A stretch of 64,000 nt of DNA from Candidatus Poribacteria bacterium (GTDB lineage Bacteria > Poribacteria > WGA-4E > WGA-3G), in NCBI GenBank assembly GCA_965198235.1, contig OZ240248.1, positions 2,112,001 through 2,176,000 on the forward strand, given 5' to 3'. Below, one piece after another: positions 40,473 to 51,149 of the stretch. Each line of letters starts with the position of its first letter. The stretch's first letter is position 1. The translations under genes were made by a program, and so were the position numbers. The notes below the pieces were generated by a model. The model was given only the letters and a program-made list of their open reading frames with translations. It made no database searches and had not been told where the DNA came from.

Positions 40473-41105
40473 TTACATTTTAAACTTGTCACGTCCGACA
40501 AACTTTTTGATTTTCTTGTTACCGATCCAAATCTTCTCGTTTGTCTCGATGTCCGTCAACGTCAGATCTGTCTGATAGAAGATGACTTGGTCTCCCCCTT
40601 CACGGTCTTCGATGGTGTTGATTTCGCCTGTCATCATGTAATCAGCACCGAGTTCGCGTCCCATCCGTTTAACGGTTTCGATTGCGGCGAATTCGCCTTG
40701 GTCGGCACGCTCTTCGCGAATTTCGCTGCGCTCACTTGAGCTTGAGACAGTCCTCACTTTTCCAGAATTGATGAAAGCACGCTCGATATCAGTTATAAAT
40801 GTAGCGACAGGGATATGTTCCATGCTCTTGTTGCGGATACCGCCAACGATCACAATCGGTTTCGCACCGGTGTTCATACCGTGATCATTGATCCAAGGGT
40901 GTGTTAAGCAGTCCTGAATAATGTCATCGGCGACCATGCGGGAGTCGGTATCGTTCCAGCGTCCAGACAGATCGATTGTGGTATCGGCATCAACGCGGGT
41001 GACCTGTTTAGAGGAGCTGCAACTGCTGAAAATTGTGATACCAACGAGAAGGGTGCAGATTGTAAGGCTATATCTGAAAGGCTTGACTGTCAAAATTTTG
41101 TACAT
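40473..41105 (-). CDS. lpoB: Penicillin-binding protein activator LpoB-like lipoprotein
   Basis: Lipobox FSSC; DLSGRWNDTD, GADYM..G.I, IKK. Confidence 0.8.
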   Translation of the reverse strand: MYKILTVKPFRYSLTICTLLVGITIFSSCSSSKQVTRVDADTTIDLSGRWNDTDSRMVADDIIQDCLTHPWINDHGMNTGAKPIVIVGGIRNKSMEHIPVATFITDIERAFINSGKVRTVSSSSERSEIREERADQGEFAAIETVKRMGRELGADYMMTGEINTIEDREGGDQVIFYQTDLTLTDIETNEKIWIGNKKIKKFVGRDKFKM

Positions 41106-41131
41106 ACGGTGTGCTCCTTTTTTTAATAGGT

Positions 41132-41230
41132 GTCAGTTGTCGGTTGTCAGTTGGTTATCGGTTAAAGAGGAAACTCTTGTAGCCGATAACCGATAACTGA
41201 AAGCCTGCGCAGCAGGCGAACCGACAACCA
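41132..41230. repeat. Inverted arrays of heptamer repeats
   Basis: TCAGTTG/TCGGTTG/TTATCGG versus CCGATAA/CCGATAA/CTGAAAG. Confidence 0.55.
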
Positions 41231-41231
41231 T

Positions 41232-43019
41232 TTAAAAATCTAAGTCGGCTTCTTGAACAATTTTGTCGACGAAAGTATCAAGTGCCATTGCACCGATGTC
41301 GCCTTCATCTCGACTGCGGACGCTGACCGTGCGGCTTTCCTGTTCACGTCCACCGATGATTAACATGTACGGCACACGTTGCAAGCGGGCTTGACGGATC
41401 TTCGCTCCAATCTTATCATCGCTATTGTCTAATGTGACACGACATCCTTTTTGCAACAGCAGTTGTTCGACCTCTCTGCCGTAATCAACGAAGCGTTGAC
41501 TGATCGTCATCACAACGCACTGGACAGGGGAAAGCCATGTCGGAAATGCCCCGGCGTAATGCTCAATCAGCATCGCGATAAAGCGTTCAAAACTCCCGCA
41601 AATTGCACGATGAATAACCACAGGACGCTTTTCAGATCCATCTGGTGCGACATAGATGAGTTCAAATCGTTCAGGCAGCTGGAAATCGAGTTGCACGGTG
41701 GCACACTGAACATCTCGGTTGAGTGAATCCCGAACTTGAAAATCGAGTTTAGGACCGTAGAACGCGGCTTCCCCAGGATCGACGCTGTACTCGACCTGGT
41801 TGTTTTTCAATACATCCTCAAGTATGATTTCGGCGCGGTTCCAGACTTCCACATCCCCCATGAACTTCTCAGGGTTGCGTGTACTCAAATCGCATCGGAA
41901 CGGCAAATCAAACGTGCCATAGATGCGTTGGAAGAGTCCAAGGATACGCTCATATTCGTCGGCGATCTGGTCCTCCGTGACAAAGTTATGCGCGTCATCT
42001 TGGCACATCTGGCGCACACGCGACAAGCCGCTCAACGTTCCAGTTGCTTCGTTGCGATGCAACACCCCTTGGTCATGTAGGCGGTACGGGAGATCCCGGT
42101 AACTGTGGCGTACGCTTTTATAGATTAACATATGCGCTGGACAGTTCATCGGCTTGAGCGCGCTGATTGACCCACCATCCTCACTTTCAACGAGGAACAT
42201 ATCATCTTTAAAATGTTCCCAATGACCGGAGGTCTTCCAGAGACTGCTATCGTAGATGAGCGGTGTCCGCACTTCTTGATAGCCTTCACTGAGATAGAGT
42301 TTCCGCACCTTTTCCGAGAGGAGGTTATAGATGAGTGTGCCTTTGGGAAGCCAAAACGCACTGCCGGGGGATTCGGGATGCATCTGAAAAAGTTCCAATT
42401 CGCGTCCGAGTTTACGATGGTCGCGTTTGGCGGCTTCTTCGCGTTGTGTCAAAAATGCCTGAAGGTCGGCTTTGGTCTCCCATGCGGTGCCATAGATTCG
42501 TTGCAACTGCTCACGGTTGCTATCACCGCGCCAATAGGCTCCTGAAACACGGAGCAGTTTGAAATGTCGGCATTCGCCTGTTCTTTCAACATGTGGACCC
42601 TTGCAGAGGTCCGTGAAATCACCGTTATGGTAGATAGAAACGCCTTCGTCAGCAACACCCTCATCGCTCGCGCTGACTTCCCGATCGGAGATTCCATCGA
42701 TTAATTCGAGTTTGAATTTCTGGTCGCGTTCGCCGAACCATGTGCGAGCATCGTCATAGGACCAGGTCTCTTGCTGGAAAGGCACATTGGTTTTGATCAT
42801 CACCTTCATGTGCTTTTCGATTTCGGGGAAATCGTCCGGTGTAATGGGGCGTGGCACCTCCATATCGTAGTAGAACTCGTTCTCAATCGGCGGTCCGATC
42901 GCGAGTTTAACGGTACGTTCGCCATCTGGGAATAGTTGTTGTACGGCATACGCCATGATGTGCGCGGTCGAATGGCGTAGGCGTTGTAAGTAATCTTCAG
43001 ATTGATTGGGTTCACGCAT
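41232..43019 (-). CDS. thrS: Threonine--tRNA ligase (lacks N-terminal TGS domain)
   Basis: RHSTAH, DLCKGPH, RDHRKLG, KPMNCP, HRA..GSFERF. Confidence 0.97.
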   Translation of the reverse strand: MREPNQSEDYLQRLRHSTAHIMAYAVQQLFPDGERTVKLAIGPPIENEFYYDMEVPRPITPDDFPEIEKHMKVMIKTNVPFQQETWSYDDARTWFGERDQKFKLELIDGISDREVSASDEGVADEGVSIYHNGDFTDLCKGPHVERTGECRHFKLLRVSGAYWRGDSNREQLQRIYGTAWETKADLQAFLTQREEAAKRDHRKLGRELELFQMHPESPGSAFWLPKGTLIYNLLSEKVRKLYLSEGYQEVRTPLIYDSSLWKTSGHWEHFKDDMFLVESEDGGSISALKPMNCPAHMLIYKSVRHSYRDLPYRLHDQGVLHRNEATGTLSGLSRVRQMCQDDAHNFVTEDQIADEYERILGLFQRIYGTFDLPFRCDLSTRNPEKFMGDVEVWNRAEIILEDVLKNNQVEYSVDPGEAAFYGPKLDFQVRDSLNRDVQCATVQLDFQLPERFELIYVAPDGSEKRPVVIHRAICGSFERFIAMLIEHYAGAFPTWLSPVQCVVMTISQRFVDYGREVEQLLLQKGCRVTLDNSDDKIGAKIRQARLQRVPYMLIIGGREQESRTVSVRSRDEGDIGAMALDTFVDKIVQEADLDF

Positions 43020-43345
43020 TGTGGTTCACTCTCATTTATCCATTCGTGTAGGTTTCAAAATTGTTCTTAATAGACTTAACGTCTTTTTTCGTACGCTGTT
43101 TACGAAATAATTTTACACGATTTAGAGCGGAAATGCCAATAAAAAATGTGTGGGGAGTGTTTGGTTTTTGGAGGGTATCGTCCAATAATGGGTTTCACCT
43201 TAGAAAAACCCCTAAATCTCCTTATCAGGGAGACTTGCGACATATCCACCTGACAGGGGGACCTAAGGGGTTAGAGACCGATAAACTGTGAATCTCTATA
43301 GCGTGGTTTCCCAATCATTGAGTTGGAGTAAAAATTTTGGAAGGA

Positions 43346-43419
43346 TGGGCGGTACAGGACTTGAACCTGTGACCTCTTGCATGTCAAGCAAACGCTCTAG
43401 CCACCTGAGCTAACCGCCC
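43346..43419 (-). tRNA. tRNA-Val(GAC), CCA not encoded
   Basis: GGGCGGTTAGCTCAG...TTGACAT...GGTTCAAGTCC...CCGCCCA. Confidence 0.95.
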
Positions 43420-43435
43420 ATCTAAAGAAAAAGAA

Positions 43436-43510
43436 TGGAGGTGGCGGTCGGAATCGAACCGACGAATAAGAGTTTTGCAGACTCTGGCCTTACCACTTGG
43501 CTACGCCACC
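43436..43510 (-). tRNA. tRNA-Cys(GCA)
   Basis: GGTGGCGTAGCCAAGTGGT...CTGCAAA...GGTTCGATTCC...CCA. Confidence 0.95.
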
Positions 43511-43518
43511 ATAGAAGA

Positions 43519-43593
43519 TGGAGCGGGAGACGAGATTTGAACTCGCGACCTCCACCTTGGCAAGGTGGAGCTCTACCACTGAGCTACTCCCGC
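43519..43593 (-). tRNA. tRNA-Gly(GCC)
   Basis: GCGGGAGTAGCTCAGTGGT...TTGCCAA...GTTCAAATC...CCA. Confidence 0.95.
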
Positions 43594-43644
43594 ATAATTT
43601 TGACAATTCGCGCAGAAGAGATTGCGCTTTTCAAAAGCATATAT

Positions 43645-43673
43645 AGTTTAATATATTTGCCTTTGAATGTCAA
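43645..43673 (-). promoter_or_regulatory. sigma70 promoter of the tRNA operon
   Basis: TTGACA-17-TAAACT with AT-rich upstream region. Confidence 0.7.
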
Positions 43674-43771
43674 GTTAATTTTCGATTAAAATAGCAAAAA
43701 TTTGAATTTTTGTCAAAAAATTTTGTAGGGCTATTCAGTTCTTCTGTTGAGTTTCGCACTGTTCAACCTGT

Positions 43772-44185
43772 TTAGAGTTGCTCTTCGATCCAATCATCAC
43801 CGTGTGCGGGATTGTAGATCAACCCCCTTTTCATGTCAACACAGAGATCAAGTTCTTCCAAGACCATGTGCCCAATGAGTATCGGTGAACCTTCAGGCAG
43901 ATTGGTTACTCGGATGGTGCTGCTTCGTTCCAAGAGGATATATTCAACCTCGGAATAGAGGGTGCGCTCCACGATGCCAGTGGCAGTTCGCGCAGTCCTT
44001 TTGCTGACAGGTGTGAGACCGAGGTGCTCAATGAGCGATGTCGGCAAACAAAGACGAGTTGCGCCGGTATCAACAAGCGCGGCCTCAACGGTGAGTCGCC
44101 GCACATCTTCCGGTTTCCTCACACCTAATCTTACGGCATGCAAGTCTTCCAGATTTGCGAGTTTGATTTCAGTTGTATGCCGCAC
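43772..44185 (-). CDS. Clan AA aspartic protease
   Basis: ALVDTGATRLCLP; paralog of 1989-2402. Confidence 0.85.
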   Translation of the reverse strand: MRHTTEIKLANLEDLHAVRLGVRKPEDVRRLTVEAALVDTGATRLCLPTSLIEHLGLTPVSKRTARTATGIVERTLYSEVEYILLERSSTIRVTNLPEGSPILIGHMVLEELDLCVDMKRGLIYNPAHGDDWIEEQL

Positions 44186-44212
44186 TGTTTTTGTTCTCCT
44201 TCCTATAAACCG

Positions 44213-45418
44213 CTATGTACGATAGTCGGCGTTGATTCGGATATAGTCGTAAGAATAATCGCAGGTCCACATCGTTATCTCTGTGTCACCCGCACGGAGG
44301 TCAATTATGATACGCACCGGATCTTGTGCAAACAGAGCGGTGGCTTTGTCTTCATCATAACCAGCGTCCATTCCGTTTTTGACGAGTCGATAATCGGCGA
44401 GCCAGACATCCACCTGATATGGGTCAAATTCCGCACCCGATTTACCGATCGCCATCATAATCCGTCCCCAATTGGCATCGTTGGCGAAAACAGCGGTTTT
44501 AACGAGCGGTGATTCCGCAACGGCACGCGCCGCTTTTTCAGCATCGTCCCGATTTTTGGCGTGCTTGACTATCACCTCAACGAGTTTTGTCGCACCTTCA
44601 CCGTCGCGGGCGAGCATCTTCACCAATTCGGTGCAGACGAACTGGAGCCCTTCACAGAACGCTTCGTAATCTTCCCCGTCTGCTGTAATAATCTCGGCGT
44701 TGTCGGCATGTCCGGTAGCGAGAATCAGCACCGTGTCATTTGTACTGCGGTCGGTGTCAACGGTTAAGAGATTATAGGTGTCATCTGCGACACGGTTTAG
44801 GGCGGCTTGGAGCGTTTCGGCGTTGATTCGTGCATCTGTTGTCAGATAGGAGAGCATCGTCGCCATATTGGGTGCTATCATCCCAGAGCCTTTCGCAATC
44901 CCACCAATTCTTACGGGTGTATTGCCAATTTCGATCTCTACGGCGACAGATTTCGGGTGTGTATCCGTTGTCATAATCGCTTCAGCGGCATCAGCACCAC
45001 CTTCGCTGCTAAGCGCACTTGCGGTGGCTTGAATCCCATTTTCGATTTTGTCCATCGGCAATTGCTGTCCGATAACACCCGTAGAGGAGACGAGAACGAG
45101 GTTTGCCTTTATACCGAGCTGTTCGGCTGTTGCGGCAGCCATCCGTCGTGCATTTGCCATACCGACTTCGCCTGTGCAAGCGTTGGCGTTCCCGCTATTA
45201 ACAATAACGGCTTGCGCCTGTCCGTCGCTGAGGTGATCGCGGCATACCAAGACAGGCGCGGCAGTAACGCTGTTTTTTGTGAAGACGCCAGCAGCAGTCG
45301 CTGGGGCATCGGTAACAATGAGTGTTACATCCTTCGCGTTCGCCGCTTTAATGCCCGCATGAACACCTGCTGCGCGGATACCCGGGACCGCGGTAATTCC
45401 GCCATCTATCTGTTTCAT
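44213..45418 (-). CDS. argJ: Ornithine acetyltransferase/N-acetylglutamate synthase
   Basis: NSGNANACTG, KGSGMIAPNMATML, RDGEGATK, INADYRT. Confidence 0.97.
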   Translation of the reverse strand: MKQIDGGITAVPGIRAAGVHAGIKAANAKDVTLIVTDAPATAAGVFTKNSVTAAPVLVCRDHLSDGQAQAVIVNSGNANACTGEVGMANARRMAAATAEQLGIKANLVLVSSTGVIGQQLPMDKIENGIQATASALSSEGGADAAEAIMTTDTHPKSVAVEIEIGNTPVRIGGIAKGSGMIAPNMATMLSYLTTDARINAETLQAALNRVADDTYNLLTVDTDRSTNDTVLILATGHADNAEIITADGEDYEAFCEGLQFVCTELVKMLARDGEGATKLVEVIVKHAKNRDDAEKAARAVAESPLVKTAVFANDANWGRIMMAIGKSGAEFDPYQVDVWLADYRLVKNGMDAGYDEDKATALFAQDPVRIIIDLRAGDTEITMWTCDYSYDYIRINADYRT

Positions 45419-45674
45419 GAAGCACTCCTTGAGGAATGATGTAGGGGAAACATTATACTATATGTTGGAGAGATTGTCAAGGCGGAAATAGGGCAGAAAA
45501 GGAAAGGCGAGGTTTTGAAACCTCGCCTGTGAATAAAAGTGAGAGTGCGTCGGAATTCGGAGATCCCTCCTATAGGAGAGTTGAACGGCGCGGCGTTATC
45601 GAAAATTCGTTTCACAAATAAAATGGAAATATGATATAATTATTCGCAAACACCGAAAAAAGCGAGGGGAAAAG

Positions 45675-47027
45675 ATGCACACCATTTTGGAGCGCTACCA
45701 AAAAACTTTTGCGAAAGATCGAGAAATGTCAAACGCTGCGAATCATCTGTTTCCAGATGGCGTAACCCACGACGGACGTTATATGTCTCCCTTTCCTGTT
45801 TATATCACTCGTGCCGATGGGTCAAAGAAATGGGGGCTTGAAGATAAGCAATTTATCGATTATTGGGCGGGACACGGTGCGCTACTTCTCGGACATAATC
45901 CGCCAGAGGTAGTAGAAGCGGTGACAGCACAGATGCATCGAGGAACGCACTACGGCGCGTGCCACCCGTTAGAGATGGAATGGGGTTCACTCGTGACGCA
46001 GTTAATTCCGTCAGCAGAACGCGTCAGATTCGTCAGTTCCGGGACAGAGGCGACGCTGATGGCGATCCGTCTGGCACGCACCTATACAGGTAAAAATAAG
46101 GTGCTGAAATTTGCCGGGCATTTTCACGGTTGGCATGACAGCGTCATCTTAGGCGCATACCCGCCTTTTGATATGAGTGTTCCCGGTATTCCACAAGAGG
46201 TGCGGAATACAACGCTGTTATGTCCACCGAACGATATTGATGCCGTTGAAACGTTGTTAAAAACGGACAAAGACATCGCCTGTATCATCCTCGAACCAAC
46301 AGGGGCATCCTTCGGTATTGTCCCTACAGACGGCACTTTTTTGAAGCAACTCCGTGAGTTGACAGAGGCGCACGATGTCCTACTAATTTTCGACGAGGTT
46401 ATCACGGGGTTTCGGGTTGCACCCGGCGGCGCGCAAGCGCATTACAATGTCACACCCGATATGACGACGCTCGCAAAAATTTTGGCGGGCGGACTTCCCG
46501 GTGGTGCGCTTGTTGGCAAGACGGAGGTTCTTGAACTGATTTCCATGAAATCGGAACGCGATGGCTTGAAAATGCCGCATCCCGGCACCTTTAATGCAAA
46601 TCCACTCTCTGCCTCCGCGGGCATTGCAATGCTGAACTTAGTCAAGACAGGCGAACCGCATAAACGGGCGAATCACACCGCAGCGCGCCTTCGCACCGAG
46701 TTGAATAGCGTCATTGATGACTATGAACTGGACTGGGTGGTTTACGGCGAATTTTCGGGAATGAAACTGCTCGTCGGACACGGTGAAAAGGGGATGCGGA
46801 CTTCAGATTTCGATCCGTATACGTGGGATTACCGGAAGCTGAAAGGGAGTAGCGACGCGGACATGCTGATGCGTCTCCGGTGCGGTCTACTGCTCAACGG
46901 GATTGATCTCGCCAGTAATGGTGGAATGACGACCGCGGCGCACACGGAGAAAGACGTTACAGAGACAGTCTCAGCGTTTGCGCAGACGCTTGAGTGGCTG
47001 AAGGTGGAAAGTGAAAAAAGTCGTTGA
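45675..47027 (+). CDS. Class III aminotransferase (GSA aminomutase-like)
   Basis: SSGTEAT, FDEVITGFR, LAKILAGGLP, HPGTFNANP. Confidence 0.88.
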   Translation: MHTILERYQKTFAKDREMSNAANHLFPDGVTHDGRYMSPFPVYITRADGSKKWGLEDKQFIDYWAGHGALLLGHNPPEVVEAVTAQMHRGTHYGACHPLEMEWGSLVTQLIPSAERVRFVSSGTEATLMAIRLARTYTGKNKVLKFAGHFHGWHDSVILGAYPPFDMSVPGIPQEVRNTTLLCPPNDIDAVETLLKTDKDIACIILEPTGASFGIVPTDGTFLKQLRELTEAHDVLLIFDEVITGFRVAPGGAQAHYNVTPDMTTLAKILAGGLPGGALVGKTEVLELISMKSERDGLKMPHPGTFNANPLSASAGIAMLNLVKTGEPHKRANHTAARLRTELNSVIDDYELDWVVYGEFSGMKLLVGHGEKGMRTSDFDPYTWDYRKLKGSSDADMLMRLRCGLLLNGIDLASNGGMTTAAHTEKDVTETVSAFAQTLEWLKVESEKSR

Positions 47028-47154
47028 CAAACCGCCAAAAAAAAGTATCATATTGTTTGGTAGTTTTGAGACCCCTCTTATCCACGTCATATCTTGACAC
47101 GGGTTCACCTTTCGTGACAAGGATGATGTAGCAATTCACGAAGGAATACGAAAA

Positions 47155-47430
47155 ATGAAGGAAAATACAGAAATGACGATTCAAGAGTTATATGAGTTGC
47201 TGTCTAGGCGTTTGGATGAGATGGACGCGCGGCACGCACAGCGGTTAAATGAGATGGACGCGCGGCACACGCAGCGGTTGGATCACATTGATGAACGGCT
47301 CTGGGGCGTTGAGACAGGCATCGCTGAATTGCGAGGACGTAAAGCGGGATTCTCCGTTCTGAAAGATTGGATTGTAGCGATCTGTGCAGTTGCTGCACTA
47401 ATTGCCTCAATTATCGCCTTAACCCATTAA
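47155..47430 (+). CDS. Small coiled-coil protein with C-terminal TM helix
   Basis: AAGGA RBS; 11-aa tandem repeat; hydrophobic C-terminus. Confidence 0.65.
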   Translation: MKENTEMTIQELYELLSRRLDEMDARHAQRLNEMDARHTQRLDHIDERLWGVETGIAELRGRKAGFSVLKDWIVAICAVAALIASIIALTH

Positions 47431-47542
47431 ATTTTTTCCCTACTAATCCTAAAGCTTGGACAGTTGGTGGCATGTTCACCCCCAAAATTATCCAAACTTT
47501 AGTCTTTACAAAACACACCGCTAAAACGGAGAAGGAGAGTAG

Positions 47543-48526
47543 ATGAAAACAATTACGTATCGCGACGCGCTCAAGGAAGCGTTGGTAGAGGAGATGGAAC
47601 GCGATGATGCTGTCTTTCTGATGGGTGAGGATATCGCTGAATACGGCGGTGCCTACAAAGTGACGGACGGGCTGTTCCAAGAATTCGGGAAAGACCGAAT
47701 CCGAAACACGCCGATCTCAGAAGCCGCTATCATCGGGACTGCCCTCGGCGCGGCAGTTACAGGGATGCGTCCGGTCGCAGAGTTAATGTACATCGACTTC
47801 ACAGCGGTAGGCATGGACCAGATCGTAAACCAAGTTGCCAAGATCCGTTATATGGTGGGTGGGCAGCTGGATGTGCCGCTCGTAATTCGGACGCAGGGAG
47901 GTGCGGGGCGATCCTCCGCGGCGCAGCATGCACAGAGTCTTGAAGCGTGGTTTGTGCATATTCCAGGGCTACTCGTCGTGATGCCCTCTACACCCTACGA
48001 TGCAAAAGGATTACTGAAAACCGCTATCCGAGACGACAACCCCATCATGTTTATTGAGCACAAACTCCTCTACACAGAGGAGGGAGAGATTCCTGACGAA
48101 GAATATACGATTCCGTTGGGTGTAGCGGATGTCAAACGTGAGGGTGAAGACATTACGATTCTTGCAACGTCACGGATGGTCTTGCAAACGCTCATCGCTG
48201 CAGACACACTTGCTGATGAAGGTATCTCTGCTGAAGTCATCGATCCGAGAACATTAATGCCGCTTGACAAAGACAGCATCCTCGACTCCGTCAAGAAAAC
48301 AAATCGCTTGCTCATTGCACACGAGGCAGTCGGTAGGGCGGGGTTCGGTGCAGAGATTGCCGCGCTTGTCGTACGGGAGGCGTTTGACTATCTCGATGCA
48401 CCAATTGAACGGGTCGCGGCGATGCCGGTACCTGTCCCCTTCGCACCGGTAATGGAAAGTTTTGTTATCCCAGATGCAGAACAGATCGTTGAGGCAGCAC
48501 GGAAACTTGTGCGTTATGAAATTTAA
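47543..48526 (+). CDS. 2-oxoacid/acetoin dehydrogenase E1 beta subunit
   Basis: GEDI..YGG, TPISEA, AAQHAQ, FDYLDAPI.RV. Confidence 0.92.
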   Translation: MKTITYRDALKEALVEEMERDDAVFLMGEDIAEYGGAYKVTDGLFQEFGKDRIRNTPISEAAIIGTALGAAVTGMRPVAELMYIDFTAVGMDQIVNQVAKIRYMVGGQLDVPLVIRTQGGAGRSSAAQHAQSLEAWFVHIPGLLVVMPSTPYDAKGLLKTAIRDDNPIMFIEHKLLYTEEGEIPDEEYTIPLGVADVKREGEDITILATSRMVLQTLIAADTLADEGISAEVIDPRTLMPLDKDSILDSVKKTNRLLIAHEAVGRAGFGAEIAALVVREAFDYLDAPIERVAAMPVPVPFAPVMESFVIPDAEQIVEAARKLVRYEI

Positions 48527-48559
48527 ATAATGACGGATCGCACCCAGTAGGACTTCATC

Positions 48560-48814
48560 GTAGGTTGGGTTGAACGGATACCATCAAAACCCTAAAAAGT
48601 CAAAGAAATTAACTGTTCGTCCATACCACTCCATTGCAGAGATAACGAGTGAAACCCAACGCTTTCCCTCTAAGGGTTTTGCTTTGTGGACTTCGCACTA
48701 CGAGTTGGATTTCACTCCATCTTGTATATAATCTTGTATATAAGAGTATATTGGATTTGACGCGTATTTAGAACACCAGCATCGGACTTATCAGTCCCGT
48801 TCAACCCAACCTAC
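48560..48814. repeat. Long-loop REPIN-like element (copy 2)
   Basis: Same arms; loops 71/43/81 nt (last includes a 12-bp duplication). Confidence 0.85.
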
Positions 48815-48847
48815 AGTAAACTAATACCTACGGAATTTGTGTGAGAT

Positions 48848-50080
48848 TTAGGTGTCCTCTGTCTTCTCCAACTTCTGGTACATCCGCGCCAGACCGAAAG
48901 CGATCGGTGCCCACAACACCGCCACCACCATAGCCGTAATGGCGTATGCAGCACCCGCAATCGTTCCTACACCCAACCTCACCAGTTCAATCACACCTGC
49001 ACTTCCACCCTTCGAGAAGCGGTATCCAAAAGCATCGATAACCTGCTTCGCTCGGTAGCGTGAATCGTAAGAGAGCGGCATATAGAACAATTCTTTCCCC
49101 GCCCGAAAAAGCGAGTAATCTAAGGCTTTAAAAGTCACATACGCCGCCGTTCCAGTCCGAAGTGACGGAGATACCATCAACACAAGACTGCTGACGAAGT
49201 GAACTATCGGAATACTGAGATGAATATAACGGAGCGCGATAAATCTAAGTGCGAGTGGCACAGCCACCAGTTGCAAAATACCCGCCGCCAATCCAAGGTT
49301 TCCATAGACCGAGCCGAAAAATGCAGTCCGCATATCCGTATCGGGTCTTTCCAGTTCCGCCAACATATTGAACCGAAGATCCAATACAGTGGACACTATC
49401 TGCGTGCTGATGATCAACACCGCGATAAAAATCAGGTATCTGGAACGAAAAAGCGTTTTTACGCCGATGTGTCCAAGCTTCCCGCCAGTTTCTTCTGCAC
49501 TGGGTTTGGGTTCACCGCCAAACTTGTAAGCAAGGATGCCGAGAATTGCTGTCGGTACGAGGGATGCCGCCGTGAACAGCAATAACGCTTCGGTACCTAA
49601 CACGGTTGCCCATCTGCTCACGAGCGTGCCACCAAGGAACGAACCGACAGATGCAACGGCGCAGAAAGGACCATTAATTCGTTTTGCCTGTTCGGTCGTT
49701 AGCACGCTGTTGACAAACGACCAGAACTGTTCGATGACTATCACGATATACGCTTCACGAAATACATAGATGATCGCCGAGGCGAAATTCATACCGCGGG
49801 AAAGCGCAGCGTAGCATCCGAGGATTAAAATGGCAGAAAAAAGCGAAGTTATTGCCAAAGCACGTGTCGCGCCCTGCCACGAAAGCAAGCGACCGTAGCA
49901 GTACAGCATCACGATCATACTCGGTGGGACCGCCACCATACCGCGCGTGAGATTCTCCGCACCATACGCCTCAATGAACAGGGAGGAGGACACAGAACGG
50001 ATAAATTCATAACCAAATAGCACAAAACAGGCAGCACTACTAATTGAAATTGCGGCGAAAATAAGTCGTCGTGGAAACAT
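48848..50080 (-). CDS. Npt/TLC-like nucleotide transporter (MFS)
   Basis: 'EQFWSF.N.V....QAKR', 'DYSL....KE..Y.PL....RY.AK..ID..GYR' motifs. Confidence 0.7.
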   Translation of the reverse strand: MFPRRLIFAAISISSAACFVLFGYEFIRSVSSSLFIEAYGAENLTRGMVAVPPSMIVMLYCYGRLLSWQGATRALAITSLFSAILILGCYAALSRGMNFASAIIYVFREAYIVIVIEQFWSFVNSVLTTEQAKRINGPFCAVASVGSFLGGTLVSRWATVLGTEALLLFTAASLVPTAILGILAYKFGGEPKPSAEETGGKLGHIGVKTLFRSRYLIFIAVLIISTQIVSTVLDLRFNMLAELERPDTDMRTAFFGSVYGNLGLAAGILQLVAVPLALRFIALRYIHLSIPIVHFVSSLVLMVSPSLRTGTAAYVTFKALDYSLFRAGKELFYMPLSYDSRYRAKQVIDAFGYRFSKGGSAGVIELVRLGVGTIAGAAYAITAMVVAVLWAPIAFGLARMYQKLEKTEDT

Positions 50081-50167
50081 AGGTAGAGTTCAACCTTCTT
50101 GGACTGTTCCGACTGGGCGAGGTTTCTTAAGTAAAAACACCTCGCCAACAGGTGAGTGGAAGCGGTT

Positions 50168-51022
50168 TCAACGGTGTGTCGGGATTTTATCTTCGGTTGG
50201 ACGGGGATTGTGCACCCAATGCCCACTCGGATCGATGCCTCTGGCGACAATCGCGCGTTGGTTCCAGTCGTTAGAGGCGCGGACCTCAGACGGCACGAAC
50301 CGCATCGTCAACCCACAACGCCGTCGGTCTGAGGTGTTCGGTTCGGAACCGTGCAATAGCAGGTCCGAATGCAGCGACATCTGCCCGGCCTTCATCTCAA
50401 ATGGGAATGGTGCGTCTCCGTATCGTGTAGCATTATGCACTGTCTGACCCAGCACATTCTTTTCCTCAGCGGTGCTCGGTTCAAATACGATTTGTCCGTG
50501 TAGATGTGACTTTGGAATGACGGTCATTGCACCGTTTTCGACAGCGGCATCGTCAATTGCGAGCCATACGGTGACAGTCTTACTCGGCGAGAGGGGCCAA
50601 TAGGAAGCATCCTGATGCCAACTCACCTGCTTTATATCACCCGGCATCTTGCAGAAGTAGTGCGTTCCCCAACAGATGAGCGTTTCACCCAGTAGATCTT
50701 GCACGTAATCCAAAATTCTGTCTTCAGTAATCAGATCGTGGAGTCCTGTACAAGTGGTGTGCCATCCGTTGATGGAGTAACTATTCATCCCCGCTGCTAA
50801 TGCCTTTTCCATGAGCTGATCGAAATAGGTGCGATGTGCTGCGATCTCCGCTTCAGAAAAGACATCTAATGGTGAGATAAAACCTTTCTCATTGAAGTGC
50901 TCAATTTGGGCATGCGTTAGGGTTGATGAATTCTCGTTTTCAACGGGAAAAAATTGAAGGGTTCGATTGAGTTCCGGCATTGCATCCGTAATTGGCATTG
51001 GAGCGTCCTCTTTTCTCCACAT
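50168..51022 (-). CDS. Phytanoyl-CoA dioxygenase (PhyH) family
   Basis: WHQD, LHGS..N.S..RR. Confidence 0.9.
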   Translation of the reverse strand: MWRKEDAPMPITDAMPELNRTLQFFPVENENSSTLTHAQIEHFNEKGFISPLDVFSEAEIAAHRTYFDQLMEKALAAGMNSYSINGWHTTCTGLHDLITEDRILDYVQDLLGETLICWGTHYFCKMPGDIKQVSWHQDASYWPLSPSKTVTVWLAIDDAAVENGAMTVIPKSHLHGQIVFEPSTAEEKNVLGQTVHNATRYGDAPFPFEMKAGQMSLHSDLLLHGSEPNTSDRRRCGLTMRFVPSEVRASNDWNQRAIVARGIDPSGHWVHNPRPTEDKIPTHR

Positions 51023-51149
51023 AGATTAGAAGTTTGTATTGTGTGCTATGTCAAATTGAAGTCAAAGAAAGTAATACTTCGACCGTTTCGCTTCTGACAT
51101 ACGATCCGGGCGCGTTCGATACCAGCGGATCTGCTACTGAATCCGAACA

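Noticed and set aside
43346-43593. tRNA cluster as an integration site
   Set aside because: No integrase and no duplicated tRNA 3' end seen in the window
43435-43689. 84-aa ORF
   Set aside because: Antisense to tRNA-Cys and tRNA-Gly
11966-48814. CRISPR array interpretation of the long-loop repeats
   Set aside because: Arms are inverted and dispersed rather than tandem direct repeats; no cas genes in the window
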